This document shows positions 15,896-20,000 of a stretch of 20,000 nucleotides of DNA, piece by piece; position 1 is the stretch's first letter, and the number at the start of each line of letters is the position of its first letter. This stretch comes from an uncultured virus (IMG/VR IMGVR_UViG_3300030098_004604) (taxonomy: Duplodnaviria; Heunggongvirae; Uroviricota; Caudoviricetes). The stretch spans positions 53,249 through 73,248 of IMG/VR virus record IMGVR_UViG_3300030098_004604; one strand, 5' to 3'. The translations under genes were made by a program, and so were the position numbers. The notes under the pieces were generated by a model. It made no database searches, was not told the origin of the DNA, and saw only the letters and a list, made by a program, of their open reading frames with translations.

Positions 15896-16773
15896 TTCTT
15901 AATTATGATAAGATAGTGATTGGTAGTTCGCTCGAAGCATTGATGTTTGCTTTCAATAACCAACTACCAGTCTTCTTTTCTGAAGCTGAACGTCCGTTTC
16001 GGTTTGACTTTCTCGATCCGTCATTGGACTTGTCTGATTTGAATTTGGAGAACGAAGAGAGAACCTTGAGAACTTTCGATATGGAAATGAAAGTTGGACT
16101 ACCCAAAGAAATATTATGGGAGCGTCTAATGTTTGTGCTTTCATATTTTGGAAAGGTTCCTTTTGCAAACCTTTGTAAGTCAATGCGCTACACAGGTTCT
16201 ACTATTGTTTTTTCTGATGAGTACTCTAAACTGGCAGAGATTAACTTCAACCATTGTTATTACTTTGGTGACAAAAACTGTCACAAACTTTTAAATGAAA
16301 AGCCTGTTGACACGGGCGAATATATATGCTATGATTGGATAGCATTCAATAGAGGAGGAAAGCACGACATTGACTTCATTACAACTGAAGATGATTTCGT
16401 TAGGTCCATATGGTTCTATTCTTCTGACCGAATTGATGGGAATAGTCCTGTTAAGGACGCTTGTGTGGTATCACACTTGACTACCGAACAGCTATCAGAC
16501 TTTGATTATTCAGAGACTATGGCGAGATTCAAGATGCTCCACGAGATGGAGAGTCGCGGAATGAAAGGAAAGTTTAATGGCTATGGACCCAACGGAAAAC
16601 CAAAACATTATAGATTTAGAACAACACATATCACCCGAGGAACAAAAAAGAAGAATGAAACGTTTGAATCAGCACAAAGCTACATCGAAATTCCTAACTG
16701 CACTGAATACAATTTGTACAAAAATTTATCACCGGCTAGTGTGGCGTACAATAGACTTTTGAGGGTATTGTGA
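15892..16773 (+). CDS. hypothetical protein with a degenerate Rossmann-like N-terminus
   Basis: YDKIVIGSSLEAL resembles the beta1-alpha1 of FAD/NAD-binding folds but lacks GxGxxG. GTG start with SD AAGGAG. Confidence 0.7.
   Translation: MILNYDKIVIGSSLEALMFAFNNQLPVFFSEAERPFRFDFLDPSLDLSDLNLENEERTLRTFDMEMKVGLPKEILWERLMFVLSYFGKVPFANLCKSMRYTGSTIVFSDEYSKLAEINFNHCYYFGDKNCHKLLNEKPVDTGEYICYDWIAFNRGGKHDIDFITTEDDFVRSIWFYSSDRIDGNSPVKDACVVSHLTTEQLSDFDYSETMARFKMLHEMESRGMKGKFNGYGPNGKPKHYRFRTTHITRGTKKKNETFESAQSYIEIPNCTEYNLYKNLSPASVAYNRLLRVL
16307..16335 (+). promoter_or_regulatory. sigma70-type promoter (extended -10) inside CDS 15892-16773
   Basis: TTGACA(16307-16312)-17 bp-TATGAT(16330-16335), preceded by TGc. 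Confidence 0.6.
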
Positions 16774-17660
16774 ATCGCCGCATTCATGTGGCCGGCATCA
16801 TCCCATTAGCAAATCTTCAGACGGATCATGATTTGCTCACACCGTCTTGTTTGTTGCCGATTGATGCTGGCTTCACTGCTATTCAAAAGTCTGTTTTTGA
16901 GTGTGCTATAGCGGGCTGTAAAACTATATGGATTGTTGCTAATCAAGACCTCGCGCCAATTGTCCGCAAATGTGTGGGTGACTGGGTACAAGATCCCGTT
17001 TATTATAACCGAACAAAGGTAAAATTCTACAAGGAATTACGCAAAGAGATACCTATTTATTACGTCCCGATCAATGATCGTGACCGCGACCGCCGCGATT
17101 CGTACGGCTGGTCAGTTCTGCACGGAGTAAATTCAGCGTGGTGGGTTGGCAATAAGATTTCGAAATGGCTTGTGCCAGAGAAATATTTCATTTCGTTCCC
17201 CATGACAGCATACGATATATATTCCTTACGAGAACACCGAAGAGAAATAGCCGATACAAAGGCTAATTTCTTTTTAACCTATAACGACAAAACAGTGAAG
17301 GATAATGTTCCATTGCCCTTTACCATGAAAGGAGAAGATTTTATACAATGTCGAAGAAAAGTAAACAAGCTGACAACAAGGGAGTTTTTACCACCGCCCC
17401 CAGGCGAAAAGTATCCGTCCCAAAGACTCCCCCTAAACCAAAGGTGGTCGGCACGAAATTTTGGTTTTGATACAGTGTTCAGTGAGGTGTTGGCAGATGC
17501 GCCACACGCCGTCGAGTTGGAATGGTTTTATGATATATCCACGTGGGGAGAATATAGGAAGTTCCTGGGTTCTGAAAATAATATAAAAAAACCCTACAAG
17601 GGGTTGACAGGGCCGCACAAACATGCTAAATTAATAATCCAAGAGGAGGAAATATCTTGA
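16770..17660 (+). CDS. divergent NTP-transferase (sugar-nucleotidyltransferase fold) protein
   Basis: AGIIPLAN...PSCLLPID...IQKSVFECAIAGCKTIWIVAN and C-terminal WFYDISTWGEY mirror the NTP_transferase layout. The GxGTR and PK motifs are degenerate. Confidence 0.6.
   Translation: MNRRIHVAGIIPLANLQTDHDLLTPSCLLPIDAGFTAIQKSVFECAIAGCKTIWIVANQDLAPIVRKCVGDWVQDPVYYNRTKVKFYKELRKEIPIYYVPINDRDRDRRDSYGWSVLHGVNSAWWVGNKISKWLVPEKYFISFPMTAYDIYSLREHRREIADTKANFFLTYNDKTVKDNVPLPFTMKGEDFIQCRRKVNKLTTREFLPPPPGEKYPSQRLPLNQRWSARNFGFDTVFSEVLADAPHAVELEWFYDISTWGEYRKFLGSENNIKKPYKGLTGPHKHAKLIIQEEEIS
17604..17632 (+). promoter_or_regulatory. sigma70-type promoter (extended -10) for dnaE, inside the upstream CDS
   Basis: TTGACA(17604-17609)-17 bp-TAAATT(17627-17632), with TGc. 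SD GAGGAGG at 17643-17649. Confidence 0.65.
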
Positions 17661-20000
17661 ACCGAAAACAATCTGAAATTAAATTTGTGGGTCTGCACGC
17701 ACATAGCGTAGCAGGCTCTCTCTTTGATGCCCTAGGGTATCCACAAGCACATATGGACTTTGCGTATGAAAATGGGTGCGATGCGCTGGCATTAACTGAC
17801 CATGGAAATATGAACGGACTGGCTTATCAAGTCCTGCACGCTCGCAAGATGCAGGAAGAAGGTAAAGACTTCAAGCCCATCTTTGGCTGCGAAGCATACT
17901 TTCTGCCATCACTTGATGACTGGCGCGATGAGTACGCGAAGGCTATGGAGGACAAGAAGCGAGCACGTTCCATCAAGAAGTCTGGACAGTCAGGCGCAAC
18001 AGTTGAAGACGAGACCGATAGCAAGAAGGTGCAAAGTATTTTGCGCCGTCGCCGTCACTTGATTTTACTGGTACAGAACCAGACTGGTCTAAACAATCTA
18101 TTCAAATTGATTTCAGAATCCTATCAGCCCGAGAACTATTATCGGTATCCGCGTTTGGATTACGCACTGCTTAAGAAGTACAACGAGGGCATCATCGCCG
18201 CGTCTGCTTGTCTTGGCGGCGTCTATGCTGGTAATTATTGGGAGAACCGAGAAGATGGTGACGAAGCAGTGTTGACTGCCATGCGCGAAACAACAGCGCA
18301 GATGGTTGATATCTTTGGAGATCGCTGGTACGCAGAACTCCAGTGGAACAACATTCCCGAGCAGCACGAACTCAACCAGTACATCATCAAAGTTGCCAAA
18401 GAGTTTGGCGTTGGACTGATTTCTACAGCCGACAGCCATTACCCCAACCCTGACGCTTGGAAGGATCGCGAGCTTTACAAGCGTCTTGGTTGGCTTGGCA
18501 AGGGTGCTCCCGACTGGGCTGACGGCAACGAGTTGCCCGATGGCGTCGAAGAGATTGGTTACGAATTGTATCCGAAGAACGGCGATCAGATGTGGGAGAG
18601 CTACAAGAAGTACGCCGCAGACTATGACTATGATGATCAGCTTGTCTTGGATTCTATTCAGGAAACTTACACGATTGCACACGAGCGCATCGAGACTTTC
18701 TTCCCTGACAATACGGTCAGCCTTCCTTCTTTTGTGGTCCCCGCAGGCTTTACAGATGATCAAGCACTAATTAACCTATCCCTTGAAGGGCTTAGGGAGA
18801 AAGGGCTTCATGAACAGCAGGCGTATTTGGACCGTCTTGATCGTGAGTTACATGTTATTAGTGATAGGGGTTTTAGTAAGTATTTCCTCACTATGAAGGC
18901 AATCGCCGACGTAGCTAATAGTATGATGTTGGCTGGCCCTGGTCGCGGTTCTGCGGCTGGGTCGCTGGTGGCGTACGCCTTGGGAATCACACAGATTGAT
19001 CCCATCAAATACGGGCTACTGTTCTCGCGGTTCCTACGTTCTGACGCTACCGACTATCCAGATATTGATTACGATGTATCCGACAGCATGCTACTCAAAG
19101 AGAAGCTGGTTGATATGTGGGGCGAGGATACGGTTGCTCCAATTTCCAACTGGAATACGCTGCAGCTTCGTTCGCTTATCAAAGATATTTCAAAGCTGTA
19201 TGGTATCCCCTTCACCGAAGCGAACACGGTTACAAGCGTCATGATGCGCGAGGCTACCCCTGTTGCCAAGAAGGCGCACGGCATGAAGGCTGGTGTTTAT
19301 ACGCCAACTTGGGAAGAGGTTATGGAATATTCCAGTTCTCTTCAGGCATATTTGCGCAAGTATCCAGCGGTCAAGGCTCACGTTGAGGGGCTTGTGGGGC
19401 AGGTTAGGTCATGCTCCCGCCACGCTGGTGGTGTTGTGATCGCAGAGAACCTTGATGAGAGCATGCCTCTGATTAACTCTGGCGGTGTGCGCCAAACACC
19501 ATGGTCCGAAGGTCAGAACGTTCGCCACCTTGAACCGATGGGTTTCATTAAGTTCGACTTACTTGGGCTTTCTACGCTGAAGATGATGGAGGGCTGCATC
19601 GAGCACATCCTTCGCCGCCATCATGGCGTTGAGAACCCGACATTCAACGACGTCAAGAAGTATTACGACGAGACCATCCATCCAGATGTGGTAGACCTTG
19701 ATGACAAGAAGGTTTATAAGAACACATTCCACCGAGGGAAGTGGGCTGGTATCTTCCAGTTTACTGAAACTGGAGCGCAGAACTTCTGTAAGCGTGTCAA
19801 GCCCAACAACATCATTGATATCTCGGCTATCACCTCGATTTATCGCCCTGGTCCTTTGTCTGCTGATGTGCATGAAGAGTACATCGAAGCCATGGGCCAC
19901 CCACATCGCATCCAATACCTATCGGATGACGCACGAGAGATCACGCAAGAAACGTTTGGATTCCTAATCTTTCAGGAACAGATTGCATTGCTGGCTAACA
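17657..20000 (+). CDS. dnaE: DNA polymerase III alpha subunit (family C), 3'-partial
   Basis: TTG start overlaps the upstream TGA. Manual translation gives FVGLHAHS, ALTDHGNM, IFGCEAY, HLILL, SACLGG, ADSHY, GPGRGSAAGSLVAYALGIT, YPDIDYD, RHAGGVVI, KFDLLGL and ETFGFLIFQEQI. The frame runs off the window end. Confidence 0.96.
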   Translation, partial: MNRKQSEIKFVGLHAHSVAGSLFDALGYPQAHMDFAYENGCDALALTDHGNMNGLAYQVLHARKMQEEGKDFKPIFGCEAYFLPSLDDWRDEYAKAMEDKKRARSIKKSGQSGATVEDETDSKKVQSILRRRRHLILLVQNQTGLNNLFKLISESYQPENYYRYPRLDYALLKKYNEGIIAASACLGGVYAGNYWENREDGDEAVLTAMRETTAQMVDIFGDRWYAELQWNNIPEQHELNQYIIKVAKEFGVGLISTADSHYPNPDAWKDRELYKRLGWLGKGAPDWADGNELPDGVEEIGYELYPKNGDQMWESYKKYAADYDYDDQLVLDSIQETYTIAHERIETFFPDNTVSLPSFVVPAGFTDDQALINLSLEGLREKGLHEQQAYLDRLDRELHVISDRGFSKYFLTMKAIADVANSMMLAGPGRGSAAGSLVAYALGITQIDPIKYGLLFSRFLRSDATDYPDIDYDVSDSMLLKEKLVDMWGEDTVAPISNWNTLQLRSLIKDISKLYGIPFTEANTVTSVMMREATPVAKKAHGMKAGVYTPTWEEVMEYSSSLQAYLRKYPAVKAHVEGLVGQVRSCSRHAGGVVIAENLDESMPLINSGGVRQTPWSEGQNVRHLEPMGFIKFDLLGLSTLKMMEGCIEHILRRHHGVENPTFNDVKKYYDETIHPDVVDLDDKKVYKNTFHRGKWAGIFQFTETGAQNFCKRVKPNNIIDISAITSIYRPGPLSADVHEEYIEAMGHPHRIQYLSDDAREITQETFGFLIFQEQIALLAN

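Noticed and set aside
16268..16284. GTGACA-N5-TGTCAC dyad upstream of the 16307 promoter as a CRP-like site
   Set aside because: The spacing does not match TGTGA-N6-TCACA, it occurs once, and it lies inside coding sequence.
18113..18763. 216-aa minus-strand ORF and the other minus-strand or alternative-frame ORFs in the track
   Set aside because: They are shadows of well-supported + strand genes (here dnaE) and have no recognisable motifs.
1..20000. Stop-codon reassignment, as seen in some jumbo phages
   Set aside because: TAG, TGA and TAA all end genes at sensible positions (e.g. TAG at 1113, 5315 and 13306), and conserved genes are uninterrupted in code 11.
6441..20000. Inteins, introns or homing endonucleases in recA, the helicase, nrdJ or dnaE
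   Set aside because: Lengths and motif spacing look normal, and no intein splice-junction or LAGLIDADG/HNH motifs were seen in the visible portions.

Overview
The window is a gene-dense segment with all credible genes on the + strand, read in the standard genetic code. It is most likely from a large tailed (T4-like/jumbo) bacteriophage. It opens with the 3' end of a probable baseplate-hub-like gene, then runs through a replication, recombination and nucleotide-metabolism module: a miniature family A DNA polymerase, a divergent tubulin/FtsZ-like protein, gp32-like SSB, a ParB/Srx-like protein, RecA/UvsX, a His-rich secreted WxxGxW protein, a pyrimidine-dimer glycosylase, a 5'-3' exonuclease, a DnaB/gp41-like helicase, class II RNR, a GroES-like protein, an amidase endolysin, ThyX, an array of small genes, two degenerate enzyme-fold genes and a 3'-truncated DnaE that the ORF track omits. 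Four non-coding signals stand out. (i) A small-gene array has a GGAGARCGAAGA-(A/G)TG motif at successive gene junctions, including a perfect 27-bp direct repeat around one gene. (ii) Two copies of a predicted H-type pseudoknot with a compensatory base change flank the ParB-like gene. (iii) A promoter has its -10 box in the loop of a 12-bp hairpin that occludes the downstream SD. (iv) There are nine near-consensus sigma70-type promoters, six fully inside coding sequences. All protein assignments come from motif recognition by eye; no database searches were run.
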